From: Clostridia bacterium
GTDB lineage: Bacteria > Bacillota > Clostridia > Oscillospirales > CAG-272
Assembly (NCBI GenBank): GCA_017621475.1
Contig: JAGATA010000020.1
Coordinates: forward strand, 10,948 to 74,947
Reading direction: 5' to 3'
DNA length: 64,000 nucleotides
Shown: positions 50,730 to 59,262 of the stretch, one piece after another
Numbering within the stretch: the stretch's first letter is position 1
Layout of the letters: every line of letters starts with the position of its first letter
Program-made: the position numbers and the translations under genes
The notes under the pieces: model-generated
Database searches by the model: none
What the model saw: the letters and a program-made list of their open reading frames with translations, nothing else
What the model was told of the DNA's origin: nothing

Positions 50730-50899
50730 TAGTGCGCAAAAAAATTCCATAAAAAATTTACCTTTTTCTAAAATTAACGGCTCTGTTTAAAAAAGTGAAA
50801 ATAACCAAAAAAGCAAGGTGCAATATAGCATTTTTTACAATACGTAAAATGAATCGAAACAAGATTTTAAGCCTAAATAAGAAAAAACAATAATTTTTA

Positions 50900-50997
50900 T
50901 TGACAAACGGGTTTGAATGTTGTAAAATGAAGAAAAATGAAAATATTTTTCATTTGCAAAAAATGAAATAACGGAAAAACCTGAAATAAATTTTCAG
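50900..50997 (+). promoter_or_regulatory. BMC operon promoter with two TGAAA-N5-TTTCA operators
   Basis: TTGACA-17-TAAAAT at 50900-50928; palindromes at 50935-50955 and 50981-50997. Confidence 0.72.
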
Positions 50998-51018
50998 AAC
51001 GAAAGCGAGGGTATATAA

Positions 51019-51861
51019 TTGAATAAAATTATTTTAAAGACCCAGCTTTTGTATTCCGAAATGGGGAAATCCGAAAAGAAAGTAGCGGATTGGCTTATCT
51101 CCCATCCGGGGGACAACTTACCAATGTCCATTTCTGAGCTTGCGGAGCTTTGCGAAAGCTCGGAATCTACGATCGTCCGTTTTGCGCGCAGGCTCGGCTT
51201 TTCCGGCTACGGGGAACTGAAGATCTGCGTTGCCGGGGAGCAGGAGAAAAAGGTCGTTTTGCCCACCATAAATGAAAATGACTCCTGCTTTGAGATACTC
51301 GAAAAAATATGTAACGATGCATATCTTTCCTTCGAGAGGACCAAGCGAACCATTGCCCCCGAAAATATTGCGGCGGCGGCAAACCTTATAGCAAGCGCGG
51401 GTAAGACCGTTCTCATCGGTCTTGGTTCTTCCGCATCCGTAGCACAGGATGCGGCAAACAAATTTTTGCGTGCGGGTTACTCCGCATATTCCTACGGAGA
51501 CACGCATATGCAGATGATCGCTGCCTCTCATATGAAGGAAGGGGACGTGCTCATCGGCGTTTCCCAATCGGGTGCGTCGAAAGATATAGTGGAAGCCCTC
51601 AAGTTCGCAAAGAGCCGCGGAATTTCCACAATATGCATCACGGGTACTGATAAATCTCCCATTATGAAGCAGAGCGATATCGTACTCTTAACGGACACAG
51701 AGGAAACCAAGCACAGCTCCCTTGCGCTGAGTTCCCATCTGTCGCGCCTGGTTGTCATAGACTCTCTGTGCTATTACCTTGTATATCGCAACGAGGAAAA
51801 CGGCACGGGCCTTGACGAGGAAAACGAAAATAACCTCAGATCCAAACGCGTTAACGAATAA
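51019..51861 (+). CDS. RpiR/MurR-family regulator (HTH + SIS)
   Basis: SE.KVAD, SESTIVRF.R.LGF.GY, G.GSS, SQSG.S. Confidence 0.92.
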   Translation: MNKIILKTQLLYSEMGKSEKKVADWLISHPGDNLPMSISELAELCESSESTIVRFARRLGFSGYGELKICVAGEQEKKVVLPTINENDSCFEILEKICNDAYLSFERTKRTIAPENIAAAANLIASAGKTVLIGLGSSASVAQDAANKFLRAGYSAYSYGDTHMQMIAASHMKEGDVLIGVSQSGASKDIVEALKFAKSRGISTICITGTDKSPIMKQSDIVLLTDTEETKHSSLALSSHLSRLVVIDSLCYYLVYRNEENGTGLDEENENNLRSKRVNE

Positions 51862-51904
51862 ACAGTCAAATATTATACAAGCAAATAAATGCGGAGGAAA
51901 AGTT

Positions 51905-53104
51905 ATGAAAATTTTGGTTATCAACTCGGGCAGTTCATCGCTTAAATATCAGCTTTTCGATATGACAAGCGGAGACGTGCTTGCAAAAGGCCTTTGCGAA
52001 CGTATCGGCGGCGAGTGCGGTATCGTTACCCACAAACGCCCCGGACACGACCCGTACAAAGCAGAGCCTGTGATTCCCGACCACGGAGCAGCTCTTTCCA
52101 TCGTGCTCGGTCTTATCACGGATAAAGAGCTCGGTGTTATTGAGCATATCGACGAGATAGAAGCTGTTGGCCACCGCGTGGCACACGGCGGCGAAATGCT
52201 CAAGAGCTCTTCTCTTATCGGAGAAAAGGAGCTTGAATACCTTTATTCCATCGTGGATATAAACCCCCTGCACGGTCCGCCCGCGATCAAGGGCATAGAA
52301 GCGTGCAAAAAGCTTCTTCCCAAGGTACCGCAGGTCGGTGTTTTCGATACGTCTTATTACAGCACGATACCGGAACACGCATACATTTGCCCCTTGCCTT
52401 ACGAATATTACGAAAAATATAAAATACGCCGCTACGGTTTCCATGGTACCAGCCACCGCTTTGTAACGGCGGAATGTGCAAAGATTATGGGCAAGCCGCT
52501 TGAAGAACTTAAAATAATCACTTGCCATATGGGCAACGGCTCCTCCATCACGGCAACAAAATACGGCAAGGCTCTTGATACATCTATGGGCTTTACCCCA
52601 CAGGACGGTCTTATAATGGGTACACGCTCCGGCGCTATAGACCCCACCGTTCTTACATATATTATGAAAACGGAAAACGTTTCCGCACAGGAAATGGACG
52701 ATATAATCAACCGCAAATCCGGTCTTCTCGGTGTTTCCGGCGTTTCCAACGACTGCCGCGAGATCTGGGAAGCTGCGAACGCAGGCAATAAGAGAGCAAA
52801 GCTTGCGCTCGATATGCTTATAAACGACGTTAAAAAGATAGTAGGCTCTTACCTTGCCGAAATGAACGGCGCGGATGCGCTCGTATTCACGGCGGGTATA
52901 GGCGAAAATGACTTTGCCGTACGCGAAGGCGTTTGCCGCGATATGGATTTCTTCGGTATCAAGATAGACGAAGAAAAGAACAAGAATGCCGCAAGAGGCG
53001 AATTTAACGATATTACCGCGCCGGACGGAAAGATGAAGGTCTTCATCATTCCCACGGACGAGGAATATATGATAGCAAAAGACACACAAAATCTTGTAAA
53101 ATAA
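51905..53104 (+). CDS. ackA: Acetate/propionate kinase
   Basis: INSGSSSLK, GHRV.HGG, RYGFHGTSH, FTAGIGEN. Confidence 0.92.
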   Translation: MKILVINSGSSSLKYQLFDMTSGDVLAKGLCERIGGECGIVTHKRPGHDPYKAEPVIPDHGAALSIVLGLITDKELGVIEHIDEIEAVGHRVAHGGEMLKSSSLIGEKELEYLYSIVDINPLHGPPAIKGIEACKKLLPKVPQVGVFDTSYYSTIPEHAYICPLPYEYYEKYKIRRYGFHGTSHRFVTAECAKIMGKPLEELKIITCHMGNGSSITATKYGKALDTSMGFTPQDGLIMGTRSGAIDPTVLTYIMKTENVSAQEMDDIINRKSGLLGVSGVSNDCREIWEAANAGNKRAKLALDMLINDVKKIVGSYLAEMNGADALVFTAGIGENDFAVREGVCRDMDFFGIKIDEEKNKNAARGEFNDITAPDGKMKVFIIPTDEEYMIAKDTQNLVK

Positions 53105-53127
53105 TTAAATGAAAGGAATATAAAACT

Positions 53128-53931
53128 ATGGTTTCATCTTTCGAAATTAAAAAAGAGATCTGCGAAGTAGGTCACAAAATCTATGCAGAGGGCTTCGTTG
53201 CTGCTAACGACGGTAACATCTCCGTTAAAGTAAACGATAACGAATACTACTGCACTCCCACAGGCGTTTCCAAAGGCGACTTGACACCCGATATGATCAT
53301 TCGTATCGACGGCAAGGGCAACAAGATCGAAGGCAGACTCAACCCCTCCTCCGAAATTAAAATGCACCTCCGTGTTTACCAGGAACGTCCCGACGTAAAC
53401 GCAGTTGTACACGCTCATCCCCCCGTTGCAACAGCCTTCACAGTTGCAGGCGTACCGCTTGACAAGTACATCCTTCCCGAAGCAGTTCTTACAATCGGCT
53501 TCGTTCCCACTTGCGAATACGGTACACCCTCCACAATGGAAATTCCCGATTCCCTTATGCCCTACATCCAGAACCACGACGCGTTCCTTCTCAAAAACCA
53601 CGGTGCTCTTACAGTAGGTAACACACTTAAAAAAGCTTTCTTCACAATGGAAGAAGTTGAATTCAACGCAAAGATCTGCAAATACGCTATGGAACTCGGC
53701 AAGGTTGAAGAAATTCCTTGCGATCAGCTTGAAAAGCTCATGGATCTCCGTAAGAAGATGCGTATCCCCGGCAAGCACCCCGGCTGCAAAACTTGCAAAA
53801 ACCTCGGCACACCCGATTGCAAGTGCAAACAGAATGCAGAACCCAAGAGCGGCATCGTAACGACAGCAGGTGTTGACGAAGCTCTCGTTGCTGAAATTAC
53901 AAAGAAAGTTCTCGCTTCTCTCGGCAAATAA
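53128..53931 (+). CDS. Class II aldolase (fuculose/rhamnulose-1-P aldolase-like) with C-terminal encapsulation peptide
   Basis: GNIS, PSSE..MH, VHAHP, NHG; tail DEALVAEITKKVLASLG. Confidence 0.88.
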   Translation: MVSSFEIKKEICEVGHKIYAEGFVAANDGNISVKVNDNEYYCTPTGVSKGDLTPDMIIRIDGKGNKIEGRLNPSSEIKMHLRVYQERPDVNAVVHAHPPVATAFTVAGVPLDKYILPEAVLTIGFVPTCEYGTPSTMEIPDSLMPYIQNHDAFLLKNHGALTVGNTLKKAFFTMEEVEFNAKICKYAMELGKVEEIPCDQLEKLMDLRKKMRIPGKHPGCKTCKNLGTPDCKCKQNAEPKSGIVTTAGVDEALVAEITKKVLASLGK

Positions 53932-53976
53932 TTTTTGGCACGGCTGAAAATTAAACCTTGAAAGGAGAGATATAAA

Positions 53977-55434
53977 ATGGCAATCAACTGGACAGACGCG
54001 CAGATAGAAGAAATCGTTAAAATGGTCGTTTCCCAGATCGGCGGCGAGGCGAAGAAAGAAGCACCCGCATTCGATTCCGAAAGCTATAACGGCAGAAAGT
54101 TTATCGGTATCTTCGAGGATATGAACGATGCCATAAACGCCGCAAACGCAGGCTATAAGGCAATTCGTTCCATGCGCGTTGAAGAAAGAGAAAAGCTCAT
54201 CTCCAAGATCCGCGAACTTACACGCGAAGAAGCCGAAATTATGGCGACTATCGGCGTTGCGGAAACAAAGATGGGCAGAGTCGATCACAAAATCGCAAAA
54301 CACCGTCTTGTTGCAGACAAGACGCCCGGAACGGAAGACATCATCTCTCAGGTTAAAACAGGCGACTGCGGTCTTACGCTTACGGAAATGGCTCCTTTCG
54401 GCGTTGTTGGCAGTATCACTCCCAGCACAAACCCTTCCGAAACAGTCATCTGCAACAGTATGGGTATGATAGCGGCGGGCAACGGTATCGTTTTCAACCC
54501 CCACCCCAACGCTATTGCAACATCCAACTATGCCGTTGACCTTGTAAACCGTGCGTGCTTTGCGGCCGGCGGCCCCAAGATCCTTGTGGCTTCCGTTAAA
54601 AAGCCCACGCTCGATACGGCGAACATTATGTATAAGAGCCCGCTTATCAGACTTCTCGTTTGCACGGGCGGCCCCGGCGTTGTAAAAGCAGTTCTTTCCT
54701 CCGGTAAGAAGGCTATCGGCGCGGGCGCGGGCAATCCCCCCGTTATCGTTGACGATACGGCGGATATAAAGAAAGCCGCAAAAGACATTATCGACGGCTG
54801 CACGTTTGACAATAACCTCCCCTGCATCGCAGAAAAGGAAGTTTTCGCATTTGAAAACATTGCGGACGAGCTTATCGACGGTATGCTTAAAAACGGCGCA
54901 TACAAGATTACGGCAGCGCAAGCGGACGAGCTTGCAAAAATAGTTCTCGTTGACGTGAAGAACCCCAAAACAGGTATCGTTAAGAAAACTGTCAACCGCG
55001 ACTGCGTCGGCAGAGATGCGAAAGTTATTCTTGCAAAGATCGGCGTAAACGTTGGTGACGAGGTTCGCTGCATCATTTGCGAAACGGGCTTTGACCACCT
55101 CTTCGTTCAGGAAGAGCTTATGATGCCCATACTTCCCATCGTTCGCGTTAAGAACATTGACGAAGCTATCGAAAAGGCTGTTGCTGCAGAACACGGAAAC
55201 AGACATACAGCTCATATGCATTCCAAGAATATCGACAACCTCACAAGATTTGCTCGTGCGGTTGAAACAACTATATTTGTTAAAAACGCTCCTTCCTACG
55301 CGGGCATAGGCTTCGGCGGAGAAGGACATACAACATTTACTATCGCAGGTCCTACGGGAGAGGGTATCACCTCCGCGAAGAGCTTTACTCGCCTTCGCCG
55401 CTGCGTAATGGCGGATAACTTCCGCATAATCTAA
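53977..55434 (+). CDS. CoA-acylating aldehyde dehydrogenase (PduP/EutE)
   Basis: N-terminal EP IEEIVKMVVSQI; PSTNP, GAGNPP, NNLPCIAEKE, TIAGPTGEG. Confidence 0.93.
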   Translation: MAINWTDAQIEEIVKMVVSQIGGEAKKEAPAFDSESYNGRKFIGIFEDMNDAINAANAGYKAIRSMRVEEREKLISKIRELTREEAEIMATIGVAETKMGRVDHKIAKHRLVADKTPGTEDIISQVKTGDCGLTLTEMAPFGVVGSITPSTNPSETVICNSMGMIAAGNGIVFNPHPNAIATSNYAVDLVNRACFAAGGPKILVASVKKPTLDTANIMYKSPLIRLLVCTGGPGVVKAVLSSGKKAIGAGAGNPPVIVDDTADIKKAAKDIIDGCTFDNNLPCIAEKEVFAFENIADELIDGMLKNGAYKITAAQADELAKIVLVDVKNPKTGIVKKTVNRDCVGRDAKVILAKIGVNVGDEVRCIICETGFDHLFVQEELMMPILPIVRVKNIDEAIEKAVAAEHGNRHTAHMHSKNIDNLTRFARAVETTIFVKNAPSYAGIGFGGEGHTTFTIAGPTGEGITSAKSFTRLRRCVMADNFRII

Positions 55435-55453
55435 TCGAAAGGATGAGATAGAA

Positions 55454-56689
55454 ATGGCATTTAACCCTTCCGACATTGAAAGCATCGTTCGCAAGATCGT
55501 AAGCGAAATGAACGGCGCGGGAGAACACAAGCACGAATGCTGCGGAAAATGCGGCGGTCACGGCGCAAACGCTGCAATTCCCAAGACTGCAAAAGTTGCG
55601 ATGCTTACAAAAACAAAAACTATTGAGATCAAAGAATTCCCCATTCCCGAACTTCAGGATGACGACATTCTCGTTAAGGTTGAAGGCGCAGGCATCTGCG
55701 GTACTGACGTTCACGAATGGAGAGCAGACCCGTTCGGTCTTATGCCCGTAGTCCTCGGTCACGAAGGCACAGGCGAGATCATCGCTCTCGGTAAAAACAT
55801 TAAAACAGATACATCCGGCAAGCCCATCAAGGTTGGCGATAAGGTGGTAACTTCCGTTATCTCCTGCGGCGAATGCAACATCTGCCGCAACCACCCCGCA
55901 AATACGAACCTTTGCGACAAGCAGGGCGTATTCGGCCTTATCCCCCACAATGACGAACAGCCCCTCCTCGGCTGGTTCGCAACACATCTTCTTATCCGCG
56001 GCAAGGGCGCTACATACTTTGTAGTAAACGACCTTGACCTTTACGAAAGAATGATCCTTGAGCTTGCTTGCGTTTGCGTTCACGCCCTCAAGCGTGCAAA
56101 CGGCACAGGCCTTATGAATTTCAATACAAAAGTTGTTATCCAGGGCCTTGGCCCCGTTGGTCTTGTTATGGCTTGTGTGCTCCGCGCGGCAGGTATCAAC
56201 CATATCATCGCTATCGACGGTACACAGACAAGACTTGATATGGCTAAAAAGCTCGGCGTTAAGACAGTTATCAACTTCAAGGAAGCAAAAACTCTTGAAG
56301 AGCGCGTAGCTCTCGTTACGGAAGCGTGCGGCGGCAACCTTGCCGACTTCGCATTCCAGTGCACGGGCGTTCCCGCGGCTGCTGCCGACATCTACTCCTA
56401 CATCCGCCGCGGCGGCGGTATGTGCGAAATGGGCTTCTTCGTTAACAACGGCGAATACCAGATCAACCCCCACTTCACAATGTGCAACAAAGAGATCAAC
56501 CTTGTTGGTTCTTGGGACTACAGCGCAGACGATTATCCCACGACAATGGCGTTCCTCCGTCAGGCAAGAGAGATGAACATTCCGATCAAAGAACTCATCA
56601 CTCATACATATCCGCTTGAAAAGATGAACGAAGCAATGGAAATGAACGTTTCCCAGCAGGGCATTAAGATCTGCTACGTTGCTGAATAA
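55454..56689 (+). CDS. Zinc-dependent alcohol dehydrogenase with N-terminal encapsulation peptide
   Basis: EP IESIVRKIVSEM; GICGTD, GHEG, CGEC.IC, GLGPVG. Confidence 0.9.
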   Translation: MAFNPSDIESIVRKIVSEMNGAGEHKHECCGKCGGHGANAAIPKTAKVAMLTKTKTIEIKEFPIPELQDDDILVKVEGAGICGTDVHEWRADPFGLMPVVLGHEGTGEIIALGKNIKTDTSGKPIKVGDKVVTSVISCGECNICRNHPANTNLCDKQGVFGLIPHNDEQPLLGWFATHLLIRGKGATYFVVNDLDLYERMILELACVCVHALKRANGTGLMNFNTKVVIQGLGPVGLVMACVLRAAGINHIIAIDGTQTRLDMAKKLGVKTVINFKEAKTLEERVALVTEACGGNLADFAFQCTGVPAAAADIYSYIRRGGGMCEMGFFVNNGEYQINPHFTMCNKEINLVGSWDYSADDYPTTMAFLRQAREMNIPIKELITHTYPLEKMNEAMEMNVSQQGIKICYVAE

Positions 56690-56700
56690 GGAGAGCGCAT

Positions 56701-57039
56701 ATGGCACTCGGTATGATAGAGGTTTACGGCTTTACCACGGCTATCGTTGTAGCTGATAAGGTTGCAAAAAGTGCCGATGTCAAGGTCGTTGCTATAGACA
56801 AAAACAAGCCCGCAAACGCAGACAAGGTGGAAGTTCCCCTTGTTATGGTAGTTAAGTTTGAGGGCGGCGCTTCCGAAGTTGCCGCGGCTATGGACGCAGG
56901 CGTTGCGGAAGCAGAAAAGAGAAATCTTTTCATCACATCAAAGCTTATTTCCAGACAGTCGGAGGAGATAGAGTGGTTCGCAAATCTCAGCGCACTTGGC
57001 AAAGACAAGCTCCGCAATACGGAAAAAACAGAAAACTAA
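56701..57039 (+). CDS. BMC-H shell protein (divergent)
   Basis: ALGMIEV.G....V.AD...K. Confidence 0.88.
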   Translation: MALGMIEVYGFTTAIVVADKVAKSADVKVVAIDKNKPANADKVEVPLVMVVKFEGGASEVAAAMDAGVAEAEKRNLFITSKLISRQSEEIEWFANLSALGKDKLRNTEKTEN

Positions 57040-57086
57040 AAACAAAAATCAAACAAAATTATAAAATTTAAAGGAGAACATTTATT

Positions 57087-57362
57087 ATGCAGGAAGCACT
57101 CGGTATGGTAGAAACAAGAGGTCTCGTTGCAGCTATCGAAGCAGCGGACGCAATGGTTAAAGCAGCAAATGTAACACTCGTAGGTAGCGAAAAGATCGGT
57201 TCCGGTCTCGTAAGCGTAATGGTTCGCGGCGACGTTGGCGCTGTTAACGCAGCAGTTGCAGCAGGCGGCGAAGCAGCTCAGAGACTTGGCGAAGTAGTTG
57301 CTACACACGTAATTCCTCGTCCTCACACAGACGTTGAAAAACTTCTCCCCAAACTCGGCTAA
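57087..57362 (+). CDS. BMC-H shell protein (PduA/EutM-like)
   Basis: [23 protein letters not shown] pore, IPRPH. Confidence 0.96.
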   Translation: MQEALGMVETRGLVAAIEAADAMVKAANVTLVGSEKIGSGLVSVMVRGDVGAVNAAVAAGGEAAQRLGEVVATHVIPRPHTDVEKLLPKLG

Positions 57363-57386
57363 TTCTTAAAGAAACGGTACGAAATT

Positions 57387-57662
57387 ATGGATCAGGCAAT
57401 AGCGTTACTCGAAGTACAGGCGCTCGTTACAGCCATCGCGGGACTTGATGCGATGGTAAAAGCGGCAAATGTAAAGCTCATCCACGTCGAGAAACGCTTG
57501 GGCGGACGACTGGTAACAGTCGTTGTGCAGGGCAGCGTGTCCGATGTGACCGCGGCTCTTGAAGCAGGTGTAAAAGCGGCGAAGCTCGTTGGCAACGTAA
57601 AACTTGCGGAAGTTATCGCACGCCCGCACCCCGACGTTATGAGCTTTCTCACAACGGGTTGA
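57387..57662 (+). CDS. BMC-H shell protein
   Basis: [15 protein letters not shown] pore, IARPH. Confidence 0.93.
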   Translation: MDQAIALLEVQALVTAIAGLDAMVKAANVKLIHVEKRLGGRLVTVVVQGSVSDVTAALEAGVKAAKLVGNVKLAEVIARPHPDVMSFLTTG

Positions 57663-57712
57663 TATAGACCCATTTGAAGAAATACAAAAAATTTTTATGG
57701 AGGTAATATACA

Positions 57713-57985
57713 ATGGAAGCACTCGGTATGGTAGAAACAAGAGGTCTTGTTGCGGCTATCGAAGCAGCAGATGCTATGGTTAAATCCGCTAACGTTACAC
57801 TTATCGGAAGCGAAAAGATCGGTTCCGGTCTCGTAAGCGTAATGGTTCGCGGCGACGTTGGCGCTGTTCAGGCAGCTGTTGCGGCAGGCGGCGACGCAGC
57901 TCAGAGACTCGGCGAAGTTGTAGCTACACACGTAATTCCTCGTCCTCACACAGACGTTGAAAAACTTCTCCCCAAGCTCGGCTAA
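57713..57985 (+). CDS. BMC-H shell protein (PduA/EutM-like; near-duplicate of 57087)
   Basis: Four substitutions and one indel relative to 57087-57362. Confidence 0.96.
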   Translation: MEALGMVETRGLVAAIEAADAMVKSANVTLIGSEKIGSGLVSVMVRGDVGAVQAAVAAGGDAAQRLGEVVATHVIPRPHTDVEKLLPKLG

Positions 57986-58194
57986 TTAAATTTTCGTGAA
58001 TTTTCGGGGCGCTTCACCGCGCCCCTCGAAAATTCCGCTTTTGATAATATCGTTGGTAAAATAAACATTCAAAGAGTGAACTCTCTTCAGCCGCGCTCGG
58101 CACGGCAGCTATGTAAATATAGCAAATACGGACACTTTAAAATATCCGTCATTATAAAAATATAAAATCTTTGCCTCAATGAATAACAGCATTC

Positions 58195-58230
58195 GAGGAA
58201 AGTTTTTGCGTCGCTTTTTTCAAAAAGCGA
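58195..58230. repeat. REP-like element (family A)
   Basis: gaggaaagtttttgcgtcgcttttttcaaaaagcga. Confidence 0.6.
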
Positions 58231-58315
58231 CATCTAAATTCGAACAAAATTCCGCATAGTGCGGATTTATATAAAGCATTTAAAAATAAAAATTACAGCA
58301 GAGGAGCCGAAAAAT

Positions 58316-58972
58316 ATGGAATATTCATCTGCGGAAATAGCCGCAATCGTTAAAAAAGTTATATCCGATATGGGAAGCACCGAAGAAAATAACGGTGCAG
58401 ACGTGCCGATCGGCGTTTCCAACCGCCACGTACACCTTTCCAGAGAGCACCTCGATATTCTTTTCGGAAAGGGATATGAGCTTACGAAAGCCAAAGACCT
58501 TTCTCAGCCGGGACAGTATGCGGCAAACGAAGTAGTAACTATTGTCGGACCCTCGCTTCGCCCCATCGAAAAGGTAAGAGTTCTCGGCCCCATCCGTTCC
58601 GCTTCCCAGGTGGAAGTATCTATGACGGACTCTTACGTACTCAAGGTTAAGCCCCCCGTGCGTGAATCGGGAAACATCGCAGGCTCTGCGGGCATCACAA
58701 TGATAGGTCCCAAGGGTGTTGTAACTCTTGCAGAGGGCTGCATTATTGCGAACCGCCATATACATATGGGCATTGCAGATGCCGAAAGATACGCAGTTTC
58801 CGACGGCGATTACGTTACCGTTGACGTCGAAGGCAAGGGCAAAAAGACACGCTGGTACGGCGTTCAGGTAAGAGTAAACAAGAATTTTGCACTTGAAATG
58901 CACGTTGACACGGACGACGCAAACGCGGCGGGTATTGGCAACGGCAGCCTTGTTAAAATTGTCAAAGAATGA
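58316..58972 (+). CDS. pduL: Phosphate propanoyltransferase
   Basis: EP IAAIVKKVI; VSNRHVHLS, LSQPGQYA, RHIHM, MHVDTDDANA. Confidence 0.93.
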   Translation: MEYSSAEIAAIVKKVISDMGSTEENNGADVPIGVSNRHVHLSREHLDILFGKGYELTKAKDLSQPGQYAANEVVTIVGPSLRPIEKVRVLGPIRSASQVEVSMTDSYVLKVKPPVRESGNIAGSAGITMIGPKGVVTLAEGCIIANRHIHMGIADAERYAVSDGDYVTVDVEGKGKKTRWYGVQVRVNKNFALEMHVDTDDANAAGIGNGSLVKIVKE

Positions 58973-58993
58973 TTTTTCGACGGGAGTAATGAT

Positions 58994-59242
58994 ATGTTAA
59001 AGGGAATCGTTGTTGGAAACGTTGTTTCCACAAAAAAACAGGAATCTCTTATGGGAAGCAAATTCCTTGAAGTAAACCTTATAGAAAACGGTGTTAAGAC
59101 CGATAAATATATAATCGCGGTTGACAGCGTCGGCGCAGGTATTGGCGAAGTTGTTCTCGTTACAACGGGAAGCAGTGCACGCCTTGCGCTTCGCAATCAG
59201 TTTGAACCCGTTGACGCGGTTATTGTAGGTATAGTTGACTGA
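58994..59242 (+). CDS. BMC vertex pentamer (EutN/PduN/CcmL)
   Basis: VVSTKK, AVD.VGAG.GE, DA.IVGIVD. Confidence 0.95.
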   Translation: MLKGIVVGNVVSTKKQESLMGSKFLEVNLIENGVKTDKYIIAVDSVGAGIGEVVLVTTGSSARLALRNQFEPVDAVIVGIVD

Positions 59243-59262
59243 TATTAAGACAGGAGAAAAAT

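Noticed and set aside
47161-50732. Long plus-strand ORFs (597 aa, 509 aa)
   Set aside because: Antisense shadows of aconitase and citrate synthase
53134-56707. Long minus-strand ORFs (798 aa, 440 aa)
   Set aside because: Shadow frames of codon-biased BMC genes; no motifs
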